A DNA stretch of 64,000 bases from Acidobacteriota bacterium (lineage in GTDB: Bacteria; Acidobacteriota; UBA6911; JACQSX01), in the NCBI GenBank assembly GCA_036507075.1, contig DASXQR010000004.1, positions 1 through 64,000 of the forward strand. The letters are read 5' to 3'. This document shows positions 9,976 to 21,368 of this stretch, piece after piece. The translations under genes were made by a program, and so were the position numbers. Each line of letters opens with the position of its first letter. Position 1 is the first letter of the stretch. The notes below the pieces were generated by a model, which worked only from the letters and a program-made list of their open reading frames with translations, searched no databases and was not told where the DNA came from.

Positions 9976-10287
9976 ATGAGTAGAATTACTCTCGGTTTAG
10001 TCTGCGGAATTCTATTCGGCCTGCTGGATGCGGCCTTGATGCTGCCGATGTCGCTTCCAGATAAACGTGTTGCGATTATTGGCGCATTCCTGGATAGATT
10101 TGCTATCGGTTTCCTGGTCTGCGTAACGACTCTGCCATTGCCCGGCTGGGCAGCGGGTCTGATTGTAGCCTTGCTTGTCAGCCTTCCCAGTGCTGTTGTC
10201 ACGAAATCCTATCTGCCGATCCTCACCGTCGGCGCCGTCGGTGGCATCATCATTGGTATCATTCGGGATAAGCTGATTCATTTATAG
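9976..10287 (+). CDS. Small four-TM membrane protein
   Basis: Four hydrophobic segments, ~103 aa. Confidence 0.75.
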   Translation: MSRITLGLVCGILFGLLDAALMLPMSLPDKRVAIIGAFLDRFAIGFLVCVTTLPLPGWAAGLIVALLVSLPSAVVTKSYLPILTVGAVGGIIIGIIRDKLIHL

Positions 10288-10356
10288 AGCCTTCTCACCG
10301 TGACGGGCTGCTCCATCCGACATAAAATGGGAACTTGTGTCTAAAGGAGGCATGAC

Positions 10357-10427
10357 ATGGACTCCATGAATAACTGGGCGCTCAGGTTTGTTCGATGGGG
10401 AATGGGTCTGACCATTCTTGGCCTGAT
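10357..10427 (+). pseudogene. N-terminal stub of a membrane-protein gene (MDSMNNWALRFVRWGMGLTILGL)
   Basis: Strong AAAGGAGG RBS; the frame loses protein-like character after ~10427. Confidence 0.5.
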
Positions 10428-11312
10428 GTCCTCAACAGCGCCATCAGCGCGGTTGAGATTGCTCTCTGGGACATCCTCGGACAGGCGCTCGAGGTACCCG
10501 TCTACAAACTGCTCGGCGGGGCGGCGCGCAAGCGGATTCGGCTCTACAAAGATACCGGCTCGACGGCCGATGATTTCCTGAAAGCGAAATCAGAAGGCTA
10601 CACAGCCGCAAAATCGGGATTCATCGCCGTGAACAATGACCTGGTAATTCCATCGTTCGCCGTGCGCGAGGGTGCCTCGCGTCTGGAAGCCGTTCGCAAG
10701 GCCGTGGGAGATGACTTCGATATCTGCATTGACGCGCACGGCAAATTGACGGCCGTGATGGCGGTCGATTTCTGCACCCGAATCGAGGACCTGAGGCCAT
10801 TTTTTGTTGAAGAAGCCACCCAGCTCGAAGACCTGGGAGAGCTGGAGTTGCTGCGGCAGAAAACGAAGGTCCCGCTTGCGACCGGCGAGCGGTCGTTCAC
10901 AAAGTATGGTTTCACGGAGTTCTGCACGCGGCATCTGGTCAACTACGTGCAGCCGGACGTGTGTCACGCCGGTGGAATACTCGAGATGAAAAAGATCGGC
11001 ACGATTGCCGAGGCTTTCCGCATCGAGATGGCTCCACACAATCCGCAGAGCCTGGTAAGCACGCTGGCATCCATGCACGTCGTGGCGACCACCCCAGCCG
11101 CCACGATCCTGGAATACAATCCGAGCAGCCTCCCATGGGTCCAGAATTTATTTTCCGGGGGCGCTGTGAAGGTCAAAGACGGTTTCGCGGAACTGCCGGA
11201 CCGCCCGGGACTTGGTGTGGAACTCGATGAGAAGGTCGCCGCCCAGCATCCCTACAAGCCCGTCAACCGGCCAAACTATATCTTCAAAGACGGAGGAGTG
11301 GCAGACCACTAG
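10422..11312 (+). pseudogene. Mandelate racemase / galactonate dehydratase-like enolase-superfamily gene lacking its N-terminus
   Basis: SAISAVEIALWDI.G, IDAHG, F.EE, ATGER, QPD..HAGG, APHN and PGLGVE motifs; the N-terminal beta-strand region is absent. Confidence 0.8.
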
Positions 11313-11392
11313 CACACCACAAAGACCGCGCCTGGCTCGATTTTTATCCGGACAGCCAGGACATGACATCGGCAACGCGCTAGACTTTAAAG

Positions 11393-13678
11393 ATGACCCA
11401 GGGTCGCGGAAGATCCTCACAGCAGCGGCAGCCAAAAGTTGCCATCTATATCGTCATGCCCATTCTGGGGCTTCTGACAGCATGCGGGTCAGAGACGTGC
11501 CGTCGCACTGTATACCGGCAATCCATACAAGCCCAGCGAACCCCTGGCCCCCTTAAGCTTGTCGGCAGTAACGCAACGGGGAAGCCCAATCGCCTGATAA
11601 CTCAGAAAAGCCCCTACCTGCTGCAGCATGCCTATAATCCCGTCGATTGGTATCCGTGGGGCGAAGCAGCATTTGCCCGTGCTCGGGCCGAAAGCAAACC
11701 GATCTTCTTATCCGTCGGTTACTCGACCTGCCATTGGTGCCACGTAATGGAGGAGGAGTCTTTCTCCAATACTGAAGTGGCCGCCATCATGAATAGATAC
11801 TTTGTGAGCATCAAAGTCGACCGGGAGGAACGCCCGGATATTGACAGTGTCTACATGGCCTTCGTGCAGGCGACCTCGGGACGCGGCGGCTGGCCCATGT
11901 CTGTTTTTCTGACCCCCGATCTCAAGCCATTCTTTGGAGGCAGTTACTTTCCCAGGGAGACATTCGAGGCCTTGTTGAAGAAAGTCGCCGATGAGTGGGC
12001 GAAAAACCGTGAACGAGTTCTTAGTTCAGCAGGGAATATTACTGGGATGCTGCGGAAGATGAGCGAGGGAGAAACAGAAGGCGCTTTGCGGATAGAAAAA
12101 GCCCTGCTGGACCGCACCTACGAATCCTATGCATCAAGTTATGACTCCGAAAACGGAGGCTTTGGCCCCGCTCCAAAGTTCCCCAAACCTGTCGATTTCA
12201 ATTTCCTGCTTCGATATTTCGAGCGCACCGGAAATCGAAAAGCACTCGATATGGTCGCTTTCACTCTGCGCAAAATGGCGCAGGGTGGGCTGCACGATCC
12301 GATCGGAGGCGGATTTCACCGCTATTCCACTGACGCGCGCTGGTTTCTCCCGCATTTTGAGAAGATGCTGTACGATCAGGCGCAGCTTGCCGTCTCTTAC
12401 CTGGAGGCTTACCAACTCACCGGAGATGCCGCCTTTTCAGTGGTTGCCCGCGACGTGCTTGATTATGTTCTGCGCGACATGCGTTCGCGGGAAGCCGGTT
12501 TTTACTCCGCCGAAGATGCGGACAGCTCCCGCCCGGAAAACCCGAAGGAACATGGTGAAGGAGCGTTCTACGTCTGGACCGAGCAGGAGGTTTCGCAGTT
12601 ACTCGGGAGTGATGCGGCGATTTTCAACCACTACTACGGCATCCGAAAAGCCGGCAACGTGGACAGCGATCCGTTCAGCGAGTTCAAGAATCGCAATGTC
12701 CTGAGTGTCTCGGCGACGCTGGGTCAAACCGCTGTCAAGTTTGGTAAGACTCCGGCGCAGGTGGCGCAAGTTTTGGAGCTAAGCCGAAAAAAACTATTCG
12801 ACGTGCGCTCCCGAAGGCCACGGCCGGCGCTCGATGACAAAGTGCTGAGCGGTTGGAATGGTCTGATGATTTCAGCGTTGTGCAAAGGTTATCAGGTCCT
12901 GCATGAAGAAAAGTATTTGAAAGCTGCCGATGCAGCCGCAGGCCTGATCTCCGACAAGTTGTACGACCCGAAAAAGAGACTGCTGAAGCGACGCTATCGC
13001 GACGGGGACGTGAGTGTAAACGGCCTGCTTGAAGATTACGCCTTCTTCACCCAGGGATTGCTGGACCTTTATGAAACTTCCTTCAATAGCCGCTACCTGC
13101 GCCTCGCCATGGAGTTGTCACACATTCAAGAGTCTTTGTTCTGGGATGAAAAGAGGGGCGGGTTTTACAGCACTGAGGGGAAAGATCCTTCCATCCTGCT
13201 GCGGATGAAAGAGGATTACGACGGCGTGGAACCGTCCCCCAATTCCGTCGCAGTGATGAATCTGCTGCGGCTTTCGCAAATGACCGACGACCGGAAATGG
13301 CGGGATATGGCCGACAAATCGATCAAAGCCTTCGAGCGACCGTTGTCCCAGACTCCGGAGGCAATGCCGCAGATGATGGTGGCCGTAAACTACTATCTGA
13401 GCAAACCTCGACAAGTGATTATCGCGGGAGAAAGCAAGGCAGCGGATACAGAGGCCATTGTGCGCGAAGTGCACCGCCGCTTTCTTCCGAACAAAATCAT
13501 CTTCCTGGCCGACGGTGGCGCGCTGCACCAGGAATTTGCCAAAGCGGTGCCGGCGCTCAATGGGTTGCGTCGCATCAACGGCAAAGCAACCGCGTACATC
13601 TGCGAGAATTATCGCTGCAATCTTCCCACCAATGATGTAGCAATGGTGGCCCGTCTTTTGGATAGGAAAGCACAGTAG
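11393..13678 (+). CDS. Thioredoxin-domain protein, YyaL/SPATA20 (DUF255) family
   Basis: [48 protein letters not shown]. Confidence 0.95.
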   Translation: MTQGRGRSSQQRQPKVAIYIVMPILGLLTACGSETCRRTVYRQSIQAQRTPGPLKLVGSNATGKPNRLITQKSPYLLQHAYNPVDWYPWGEAAFARARAESKPIFLSVGYSTCHWCHVMEEESFSNTEVAAIMNRYFVSIKVDREERPDIDSVYMAFVQATSGRGGWPMSVFLTPDLKPFFGGSYFPRETFEALLKKVADEWAKNRERVLSSAGNITGMLRKMSEGETEGALRIEKALLDRTYESYASSYDSENGGFGPAPKFPKPVDFNFLLRYFERTGNRKALDMVAFTLRKMAQGGLHDPIGGGFHRYSTDARWFLPHFEKMLYDQAQLAVSYLEAYQLTGDAAFSVVARDVLDYVLRDMRSREAGFYSAEDADSSRPENPKEHGEGAFYVWTEQEVSQLLGSDAAIFNHYYGIRKAGNVDSDPFSEFKNRNVLSVSATLGQTAVKFGKTPAQVAQVLELSRKKLFDVRSRRPRPALDDKVLSGWNGLMISALCKGYQVLHEEKYLKAADAAAGLISDKLYDPKKRLLKRRYRDGDVSVNGLLEDYAFFTQGLLDLYETSFNSRYLRLAMELSHIQESLFWDEKRGGFYSTEGKDPSILLRMKEDYDGVEPSPNSVAVMNLLRLSQMTDDRKWRDMADKSIKAFERPLSQTPEAMPQMMVAVNYYLSKPRQVIIAGESKAADTEAIVREVHRRFLPNKIIFLADGGALHQEFAKAVPALNGLRRINGKATAYICENYRCNLPTNDVAMVARLLDRKAQ

Positions 13679-13754
13679 GGGCGCCAACGCTCTCACGCTC
13701 CTGCCGTTGGTCGCAGACTACCAGTCGCGGCCATGAGCTCGGCTCTGCCTCTTA

Positions 13755-15383
13755 TTACAACTCCCCTCTTCTCTTCCTTTCCGCAATATAGCGCGCGCTG
13801 CGGACGGCAAGGGCGGCGATGGTCAGTGTTGGATTCTTCTCCGGCGAAGTGGTAAAACAGCTTCCGTCCACCACGAACAGATTTGGAATATCGTGCGTCT
13901 GGCAGTAGGAGTTCAACACCGACGTCTTCGGATCTTTTCCCATCCGGCAGGTGCCCACTTCGTGACTGGCAAATCCTGAGACATGCGACGGACTGTCAAG
14001 CATCAGCTCCACGCCGGCCGCATCCAGGATTTCGCGCAAGTTTTCTATCATGCCCGAAAATAGAGCGCGGTCATTGTCGCAGAACTCAAAGTTCACAACC
14101 GGGATGGGAATGCCAAAAGCGTCAAGTCTCTTTGGATCGACAGTGACTCGATTCTCTCTTCGCGCCAGAACCTTGCCGAAGCCGCCAAGCTGCAGCATGG
14201 CGGGCTGCAGGTCTCTGACCCGCTGTTTGTACTTCGTTCCAAAGCCCGGCAGCGCGTGCGCATGATGAGGAAACTTCAGGTTTATGAACTGGAGCTGCAC
14301 TCCAAAACCGCCTTTGTAACCAGGTGCCTTATTCCCTCTATGAAAGCGAGGGATATAGGAGTGATCTGTCGCTCCCGGGCTTTTTTCCAAAGCCGTGCCA
14401 ACTAAACCCTTTAAATAACCGATCACACCTCCGGCGCTATGCCCGTGCAAATAGCGGCCCACCAAGTCATCGGAGTTTCCCAATCCGTTGGGAAACTTCT
14501 CGCAGGCGGAATTCAAAAGCAGCCGCGCCGACTCGACCGTAGCGCAACTGACAACGACCACGCGCGCCTGGATTTCTTCTTCCTTTCGCGTCGTCCTGTC
14601 AATGATAGAGACGGCCGACACTCGTCCGGCTTTATCCAGCAGCAGTTGCCGCGCCAAGGCGTTGATCCTCAAGGTCAGGTTCCCGGTCTTGAGAGCTTTC
14701 GGGATCAGCGAGTTTTCACTGGTAAATATCGCTCCCACATCACACACGTCCATGCAGTGACCACAGTAATGGCATGGGGGACGACCGTCGTAGCCATCGA
14801 TGGAGAGCGCTTTTCTGGTCGGGATCAGCTTTATTCCAAGCTTTTCACACGCTTTGCCGGCAATTACCTCTGCGCAGCGAAGTTTGGGGGGCCTTGCCAC
14901 AAAATCACCATCCGGCAATTCCTTCAATCCTTCGGGAGTGCCGCATACACCCATGACTTTTTCCACATAGGAATAAAATGGCGCCAGTTCACGGTAAGAA
15001 AGCGGCCAGTCTACCTCAATGCCGCTGATGGACCTTTCATGGAAATCGTCCTCGGAGAATCGAAGGCAAACGGCGTTCCAGTGAACAGTGCGGCCACCCA
15101 GGGTGCGGATGCGGTCGACACTAATTCTCTCACGCGTCCGGTATTCGATCGATTTCTCGATGTTGTCCGGATAGAGCGGCGCCTGGCGGCTGAATCTGTA
15201 ACCCTGCCGAGGCAGTTCGTAGGGCCTGTCATGAATACGAAGCTCCTCAGGCTCCACTTTTCGGCCCGCTTCAAGGAGAATCGTCTTTGCACCCGCCTCT
15301 GAAAGCTCTTTGGCCATGAAGCCGCCGGCAGCTCCAGAGCCGATCACGCAGACATCGTAGGTGTGCTTTTTTAGGATCTGCAA
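13755..15383 (-). CDS. GMC family flavin oxidoreductase
   Basis: GSGAAGG FAD motif, CHYCGHC, HEVGTCRMG, NPTLT. Probable TTG start just after the upstream stop. Confidence 0.92.
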   Translation of the reverse strand: MQILKKHTYDVCVIGSGAAGGFMAKELSEAGAKTILLEAGRKVEPEELRIHDRPYELPRQGYRFSRQAPLYPDNIEKSIEYRTRERISVDRIRTLGGRTVHWNAVCLRFSEDDFHERSISGIEVDWPLSYRELAPFYSYVEKVMGVCGTPEGLKELPDGDFVARPPKLRCAEVIAGKACEKLGIKLIPTRKALSIDGYDGRPPCHYCGHCMDVCDVGAIFTSENSLIPKALKTGNLTLRINALARQLLLDKAGRVSAVSIIDRTTRKEEEIQARVVVVSCATVESARLLLNSACEKFPNGLGNSDDLVGRYLHGHSAGGVIGYLKGLVGTALEKSPGATDHSYIPRFHRGNKAPGYKGGFGVQLQFINLKFPHHAHALPGFGTKYKQRVRDLQPAMLQLGGFGKVLARRENRVTVDPKRLDAFGIPIPVVNFEFCDNDRALFSGMIENLREILDAAGVELMLDSPSHVSGFASHEVGTCRMGKDPKTSVLNSYCQTHDIPNLFVVDGSCFTTSPEKNPTLTIAALAVRSARYIAERKRRGEL

Positions 15384-15387
15384 AGGA

Positions 15388-16587
15388 CTACGGCCGCTCC
15401 TGCAAAAAAACGAACACCCCTTTTTTGTTTGATATGACAATGTCCGGCCATTTGTCGCCGTTCATGTCGGTGACCGTGAACTGTGTTCCCACTCCTGAAT
15501 CGTTATCAATCTCGTGACGTGTCCACTCGACGTTTCCGCGGTTACGGCGCAGCTCAAACCAATAAAGCATTGCCGGATCTCCAGGCCGGACGTCGCCGGT
15601 GGGGCCATGCGCCCAGAAGCGTTTTCCCGTGACCAGATCGGGCACGCCATCTCGGTTGATGTCGGCAAGCATCAGGCTGTGCGACTGAGAGAAGCTGTCG
15701 TCGATGACGTGTTGAATAAACTCCGGGCCGTTTGAGCCCTTTCTTTGTTCGTACCACCAGACGCCGATTTTGTGCGCGGAACTGCTCAGCACATCCATTA
15801 ATCCGTCTCCGTTGACATCATAGGCGTACATTTGTGCGCAGTCGGGTCCGAAGTCCGCGGGCACAAACTTCCAGGGGCCCGTAGTGCGATCCGGTGGCGC
15901 TTCCCAGTAGCCCTTAGTAATGATCACGTCAGACCTGCCGTCGCTGTTCACGTCTCCTACTCCCAATCCGTGCGAGAACCGTTCGGTCCCCGGCGCTTTC
16001 GGCTCGCTGATGATGTGGCACAGGAACTCAGCCGCCGGATCCGAGCCGGGTTCAAACCATGCCATCTGCGAATTATCGAATGCCAGGACCAGAACCGGCT
16101 TCGTCGTGCCCAGCAAATTCGCAAACGCTGGGCTCTCATTGCATGCGCTGCGCCAGATGACGTGCCGCTTCCAATAAGCCGATCCCCTTCCCGGGTTCTC
16201 GCGCCATACGGCCTCCTTGCCCGGAAATCCGATGACGATCTGATCAATCCAGCCGTCGCCGTTGATATTGGCTGCAAAATTGATGAAGCTGTCGCTATAT
16301 CCGGCAGCGGGATCGAATTTTTGCAAAGGCGCTATCTCGTGAAGTTTCCAGTCGGGCGCCTCGTACCAGAGGTTGCCGGCCAGAACATCAGGTTTGCCAT
16401 CTTTGTTGACGTCGGCGACGGCAGCACCTTCGGATCGAAACTCCCTGTCGAGCACAAACTTCTTAAACCTGATTTCTTTCCGCGCGGCACCCAGGGGAGA
16501 CGCACGGCTGGATAACCGCAGAAACGCTGTAGCGGCGACTAAGACTGCAGCTATCAGGGCAGCACTCCAACAATATCGCGACGACAT
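15388..16587 (-). CDS. Secreted FG-GAP/VCBS repeat protein
   Basis: Repeated D(V/I)NxDGxxD motifs; signal peptide from ATG 16587. Confidence 0.88.
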   Translation of the reverse strand: MSSRYCWSAALIAAVLVAATAFLRLSSRASPLGAARKEIRFKKFVLDREFRSEGAAVADVNKDGKPDVLAGNLWYEAPDWKLHEIAPLQKFDPAAGYSDSFINFAANINGDGWIDQIVIGFPGKEAVWRENPGRGSAYWKRHVIWRSACNESPAFANLLGTTKPVLVLAFDNSQMAWFEPGSDPAAEFLCHIISEPKAPGTERFSHGLGVGDVNSDGRSDVIITKGYWEAPPDRTTGPWKFVPADFGPDCAQMYAYDVNGDGLMDVLSSSAHKIGVWWYEQRKGSNGPEFIQHVIDDSFSQSHSLMLADINRDGVPDLVTGKRFWAHGPTGDVRPGDPAMLYWFELRRNRGNVEWTRHEIDNDSGVGTQFTVTDMNGDKWPDIVISNKKGVFVFLQERP

Positions 16588-16709
16588 TATGCGAAATCTC
16601 AGTGACCGTACAGTTTTACCATTGGATGGCAGTGCCACCCAAGCCAGAGAAACGGATGGTAGTGATCTAATTTGTGCTATCCGTCCAGGAAAGACTTCAC
16701 CACAGAGAC

Positions 16710-16839
16710 TTAGCGCGGCGAAGCCGCAACCAAAAGTCAAGGAGAGACGGCCTGAGGGCCGTCTCTCTGCAGTGCCCTGCCAAGCTGAGACGGCCCTCAG
16801 GCCGTCTCTCCGCTCCCGAATAATTTGCGCAGGCCGCGG
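16710..16839 (+). mobile_element. Dispersed 130-150-bp element, copy 1 (GCCGCAACCAAA end plus paired GAGACGGCC hairpins)
   Basis: Near-identical reverse-complement copies at 23769-23917 and 51086-51229. Confidence 0.85.
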
Positions 16840-17217
16840 CTGTGATCAGAAAACCAAGATAATACCCATTAGTGGGCCCCTTGATAGATTTTCTGCCGTC
16901 CTAAGGTGTGTTGTGAAAAAATCGATGCCACCGGGCTTGGACCGTATGAAAAAATTAGAAAAGAATCCGGCACGGCCAATCTCACCTGATTAGCTCCCGT
17001 CTCCCCTATGAACAGCTAAGCGCCCGCGGTACATCTTAATCCGCTGCCGAAAAGCTCGGAAGCAATGATTAGAGCTGAACGCGAGCTGCAGGCGAATCTC
17101 TTATCGGACGTAGCCGTCACGATTGAAATGTTCTATCATTTGACAGCTTTCTTCGTAGGGCTTCGAACCTCGAGGTTCAACCTGAAAATTTTGGATTCTT
17201 TGCGGGCAGAACCCTCT

Positions 17218-20200
17218 ATGGAAATCGGGAGCACGATTACCCATTACAGGATCCTGGAACTCCTTGGCGGTGGGGCAATGGGCGTCGTCTACAAAGCAGA
17301 GGACACCAGACTGAGAAGAGCGGTCGCCCTTAAATTTCTTGTGCCGCAGTTCACCCACAATCCGGAAGCAAAAGAGCGCTTTTGTCAGGAGGCAGTACAA
17401 GCTTCGGCGCTCGATCATCCAAACATTGGTACGATTTTTGAAATCGACTCGGTCGACAATCAGCTTTTCATAGCCATGGCGTATTACGAAGGCGAGACAC
17501 TCAAGGCGAAACTCGCGCGCGGCCCGCTGGCGGTGGAAGAATCCATCCATGTGGCCGTCGAAGTGGCAAAAGGTCTGGCCAAGGCCCACCAGCAAAAAAT
17601 CATACATAGAGACATCAAGCCGGCGAATATCATGGTCACCAGCGGCGGCGGTGTGAAGATTGTGGATTTTGGTCTCGCCAAGTTGATCGAAATCACCGGC
17701 AACACGGTAGACACTCTTCCAGGCGTAATCCTGGGTACGATCGCCTATATGTCCCCGGAGCAGGCGCTTGGAAATGCAGTGGACAATCGAACCGACATCT
17801 GGGCACTCGGGGTGGTGCTTTATGAAATGTTGTGCGGCCAATTGCCCTTCAAGGGAGAACGTCCTCAGGCGATCCTTCATTCGATTCTGAACGATAATCC
17901 TGAGCCGATTGCCGGCTCGGTCAGCCCTTTCCGTGACAGATTGCAAAGGATCGTGTCTAAAGCCTTGCAAAAGGACTTGTCACGTAGATATCAACATATG
18001 CATCAGTTGCTGGATGATTTGCAGGAGGCGCAAATCCTTGAAACCCGACCCACCATAAATATCCCTGCGCCCGAAAAAATCGCTGATCCTCTTTGGAGAC
18101 AATTTCTAAACGATCCGAGAAGCAAAAGAACTTTTCATAATTTCTTGTTCTGTCTGACAGCGGCGGTTTTGCTGCTGGCCCTGGTCAAAGTTTTTGTCGC
18201 CGACCATTTCCGACATGCCGGTTTTTTCTCTTTTCTGGTGGTGCTGGCCATTGCCGGTGTTTGCAGCGGTACGCTCGCATCATTCTTCCACGGAGTCCAG
18301 CGGACCCGGGCGTCCAAAATTGTGGAGTCGAGTCTCCTGTTTGCCATCCTCGTCATTTCGTGTGTCATTAGCTTGGGCATTTTAAGAACAAATCCAGATC
18401 CCAAAGGTGAACCCCCAAGCGGCTCGAGCATATTTCGACCCACATCGGTGGCAGTACTGTACTTTGACAACAATACCGGAGATCACGGCCTTGACTGGTT
18501 GCGTAAAACCATACCAGACATCTTGATCGCCGCGCTCGCTCAATCCAAGTATGTCCGCGTAATCACACCGGACCGACTACTTGACCTGGCAGCGGACATG
18601 GGCGTGGACACCGAGCGAGGCCTGGAGAGACAGACGGCTGTTGCGATTGCGCGGCGAGCTAATGTCCAGGCGATGATAACCGGCAGCGTGATAAGGGCCG
18701 GGGCACAGTTCAGAATCCTGGCTCAAATACAGGATTCCCATGGTTCATTGATAAAAACTGAGCAGATTGAAGGCAGTGGCACAGACAGCCTGTTAGGTTT
18801 GGCGGATGAACTATCCTCGAGAATAAAAGTGAGCATGGAGATCAGCGCTCACGGGGTGCCCAGCGCGGCTGAAGGAATCAGTCAGACAAGAACTACTTCT
18901 CTGGAAGCGTACAACTATTACGTCAGCGGACGCGACAAACTTCATAAACGCCGCTACGCGGACGCGATCTCGGACCTCCGGAAAGCGATTCAATCCGATG
19001 CTGGCTTTGCAGTGGCTTACGAGCTGCTGGCTAACGCCTATTATATTTTGGGTGAGCAATCCCTGGCAGAGGAGACCAGCCAGAAGGCGGTCCAGTTTTC
19101 AACAAAACTTCCCAGAACAGAGCAGCTAAGGATACTCCGGCGAAATGCGCAGGTGAGGGGCGATCTGGATGCGGAACTGACCTTCCTTCACGAACTGGAA
19201 GCGCTGCAGCCTGATGAGGCTGAATGGCATTTTTTGCTTGGATGGCATTACAGCACTCACAAGCGAGCATATGAAAAAAGTGTTTTTCAGTACAAAAGGG
19301 CCATCGGAATTGATCCAGAAGGTGAACCGCGCTATCACGCTTATCTGACGACGACTTACTTGATGGCCGGCAATCGAGGCGAGGCGCTTGCTGCGTGCAG
19401 AAAATACGTTTCATTGTTGCCGAATGATGCGATTTCTCATTCCCGCCTGGGAAAAGTTCATATCTTGACCGGCGATTACGATGCGGCTCTGCATGAGTTC
19501 AACAAGGCTCGGGAACTGCAGCCGGATTTCTTTGATACGTCATCCGGCCTGGGAGATCTTTATTGTGCGAAGGGCATGTATCAGGAAGCCCTGAAATACT
19601 ATCGGAACTCTGTGGCGCAAGCCATCAGTAAGAATCAGGAGCGCGACGGTCATGTTCTTCTCGCGGCGGCGTACCTGGACGTTAATGAAGTAAACCGGGC
19701 ATCAGAGGAATCCAAAAGGGCTCTTGAGTTGGCTTCCAAAGACTTAAAGACTCACTGGATTGCTGGTCTGATTGCAATGCGAAAGGGGGAGCTGCATGCT
19801 GCCGAGGCAGCCGCAGATAAGATGCGCGATCTCCTCCGCAAATCTCATAGCAGTTACCAAGCCGAATACCTGCACGATCTGAAAGCGAAAATATCTTTGG
19901 CGCGCCAGGATTTCGAGGGCGCGATTGGTGAATGCGTTCAGGCGAATGCGCTGGGACCCGAGGATCATGCTTATTTCCGCCACGCCTTAGCTGACGCCTA
20001 CTTCCACAAACGGGAGTTGGGTGGAGCGATCCAAGAATTAGAAAACGCGCTCCGGTTCAATCCGAGTTATGCACCCGCGCATTACATGCTGGGAAGAATA
20101 CATGAACAAGAGGGGAAAAGGACGGAAGCCCTTGCGGAATATCAATTGTGTTTGAGGATTCTGAAAAACGCCGACCCAGGCTTTCCTCTGATTGGAGGGT

Positions 20201-20238
20201 TAAAGGAGGGAGTTGCCAGGTTGGCAAAGCGAATGTAG
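17218..20238 (+). CDS. Hanks-type Ser/Thr protein kinase with TM segments, TolB-like domain and TPR repeats
   Basis: LGGGAMGVVY, VALK, HRDIKPAN, DFG, YMSPE, DIWALG; three hydrophobic helices; SVAVLYFDN; TPR tail. Confidence 0.95.
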   Translation: MEIGSTITHYRILELLGGGAMGVVYKAEDTRLRRAVALKFLVPQFTHNPEAKERFCQEAVQASALDHPNIGTIFEIDSVDNQLFIAMAYYEGETLKAKLARGPLAVEESIHVAVEVAKGLAKAHQQKIIHRDIKPANIMVTSGGGVKIVDFGLAKLIEITGNTVDTLPGVILGTIAYMSPEQALGNAVDNRTDIWALGVVLYEMLCGQLPFKGERPQAILHSILNDNPEPIAGSVSPFRDRLQRIVSKALQKDLSRRYQHMHQLLDDLQEAQILETRPTINIPAPEKIADPLWRQFLNDPRSKRTFHNFLFCLTAAVLLLALVKVFVADHFRHAGFFSFLVVLAIAGVCSGTLASFFHGVQRTRASKIVESSLLFAILVISCVISLGILRTNPDPKGEPPSGSSIFRPTSVAVLYFDNNTGDHGLDWLRKTIPDILIAALAQSKYVRVITPDRLLDLAADMGVDTERGLERQTAVAIARRANVQAMITGSVIRAGAQFRILAQIQDSHGSLIKTEQIEGSGTDSLLGLADELSSRIKVSMEISAHGVPSAAEGISQTRTTSLEAYNYYVSGRDKLHKRRYADAISDLRKAIQSDAGFAVAYELLANAYYILGEQSLAEETSQKAVQFSTKLPRTEQLRILRRNAQVRGDLDAELTFLHELEALQPDEAEWHFLLGWHYSTHKRAYEKSVFQYKRAIGIDPEGEPRYHAYLTTTYLMAGNRGEALAACRKYVSLLPNDAISHSRLGKVHILTGDYDAALHEFNKARELQPDFFDTSSGLGDLYCAKGMYQEALKYYRNSVAQAISKNQERDGHVLLAAAYLDVNEVNRASEESKRALELASKDLKTHWIAGLIAMRKGELHAAEAAADKMRDLLRKSHSSYQAEYLHDLKAKISLARQDFEGAIGECVQANALGPEDHAYFRHALADAYFHKRELGGAIQELENALRFNPSYAPAHYMLGRIHEQEGKRTEALAEYQLCLRILKNADPGFPLIGGLKEGVARLAKRM

Positions 20239-20386
20239 AGAAGATACGTGGAAGCGGAGCAGCTTGCGCTGCGTTCCCGTAAAGTTACAGCCGAAGTACA
20301 GAGTCTAAACTGTCGGTCATAGGATTCATGCTGAAGGTCGATCAGAGGCAATCCAGAGTTCCAATCTAACTAACAAGGAGAGAAAA

Positions 20387-20692
20387 ATGCCAAAGGCAGG
20401 GCTCGTACAATGGATCATTGCGATTGTTTTGGTTGTCATTGCCGTTGAAATGGGTTTTGTAGTTCGACACGCAGGAATGTTTGACGGTCCCCAACCTGAC
20501 GATTGGCCGGTCGTTGATAACCTGGGCTATTTTGATGCGGCGAAAATCCCCCTTCATGCAAAGTGTAAAACGACCCATCAGTTGCTCCAATATATCGCCT
20601 GCGCTCAGGAAACAGAATTGAAACTGCTGAATATCAGGCTGCCCAAACCAGTTGTGACGCCGCCGGCCGTCGGTCCGGGAGATCGGCGTTGA
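20387..20692 (+). CDS. Small membrane-anchored or secreted hypothetical protein
   Basis: AAGGAG RBS, N-terminal hydrophobic helix, two Cys, Pro-rich tail. Confidence 0.65.
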   Translation: MPKAGLVQWIIAIVLVVIAVEMGFVVRHAGMFDGPQPDDWPVVDNLGYFDAAKIPLHAKCKTTHQLLQYIACAQETELKLLNIRLPKPVVTPPAVGPGDRR

Positions 20693-20822
20693 TAGCTGAA
20701 GCAACGAAGAGGCTTTAAGGAAAGTGGTGCCCAAAGTCTGTCACGACACTGTAGTTAACAGCCGGCATGCATAAGGCAACCACGCCAGCTGATGCCGTAC
20801 GTTTACACAAAGGAGGAACCAC

Positions 20823-21164
20823 GTGACCGCAAAAGATTTTCGCCGTATGGCTCTCAGCTTTCCGGAAACGTTAGAAAGCGCCCATATGGGGCATCCGGAT
20901 TTTCGAGTGCGCGGGAAAATCTTCGCGACAGTCTGGCCAAGCAAAGAATGGGGCATGGTGAAACTTACACCGCTGCAGCAGCAGGCATTCGTCCAGGCAG
21001 TACCGGATGTCTTTGAGCCCGTAAAGGGAGGTTGGGGACGTCGGGGTGCTACCAGCGTGCGCCTTGAAGCCGCCGACAAGCCGACGTTGCGCCGCGCACT
21101 CGTCACTGCCTGGCGCAATACCGCACCAAAGCGGCTTGTTGAGCAATTCGACAAAGACAACTAG
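20823..21164 (+). CDS. MmcQ/YjbR family protein
   Basis: HMGHPDFRVRGKIFAT...GGWGRRG.T; AAGGAGG RBS. Confidence 0.9.
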   Translation: MTAKDFRRMALSFPETLESAHMGHPDFRVRGKIFATVWPSKEWGMVKLTPLQQQAFVQAVPDVFEPVKGGWGRRGATSVRLEAADKPTLRRALVTAWRNTAPKRLVEQFDKDN

Positions 21165-21222
21165 CGAACGCAGAGTCGCCCGCATTGTTTCAAAACTGGG
21201 TTGCTTGACGCGGCGCACTGCT

Positions 21223-21340
21223 TTCACCGCCGAGGCGCAGAAGATGTGAAAAAATCACTTCTTCGCAGAGACCGAGGCCACGCAGAGTTTGCAACCCGGC
21301 CTCTGCGACGACTCGGCGGACTCAGCGCCTCGGCGGTGAA
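21223..21340. repeat. Palindromic element with TTCACCGC...GCGGTGAA ends between convergent genes
   Basis: Related copies at 44670-44760 and 52165-52255. Confidence 0.75.
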
Positions 21341-21368
21341 TACAACGTGGCCGTCTTCGCACTTTCGG

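Noticed and set aside
16588..16740. MTFGCGFAALSLC N-terminal extension, also at 23887
   Set aside because: Read-through of the dispersed repeat; the signal peptides start downstream.
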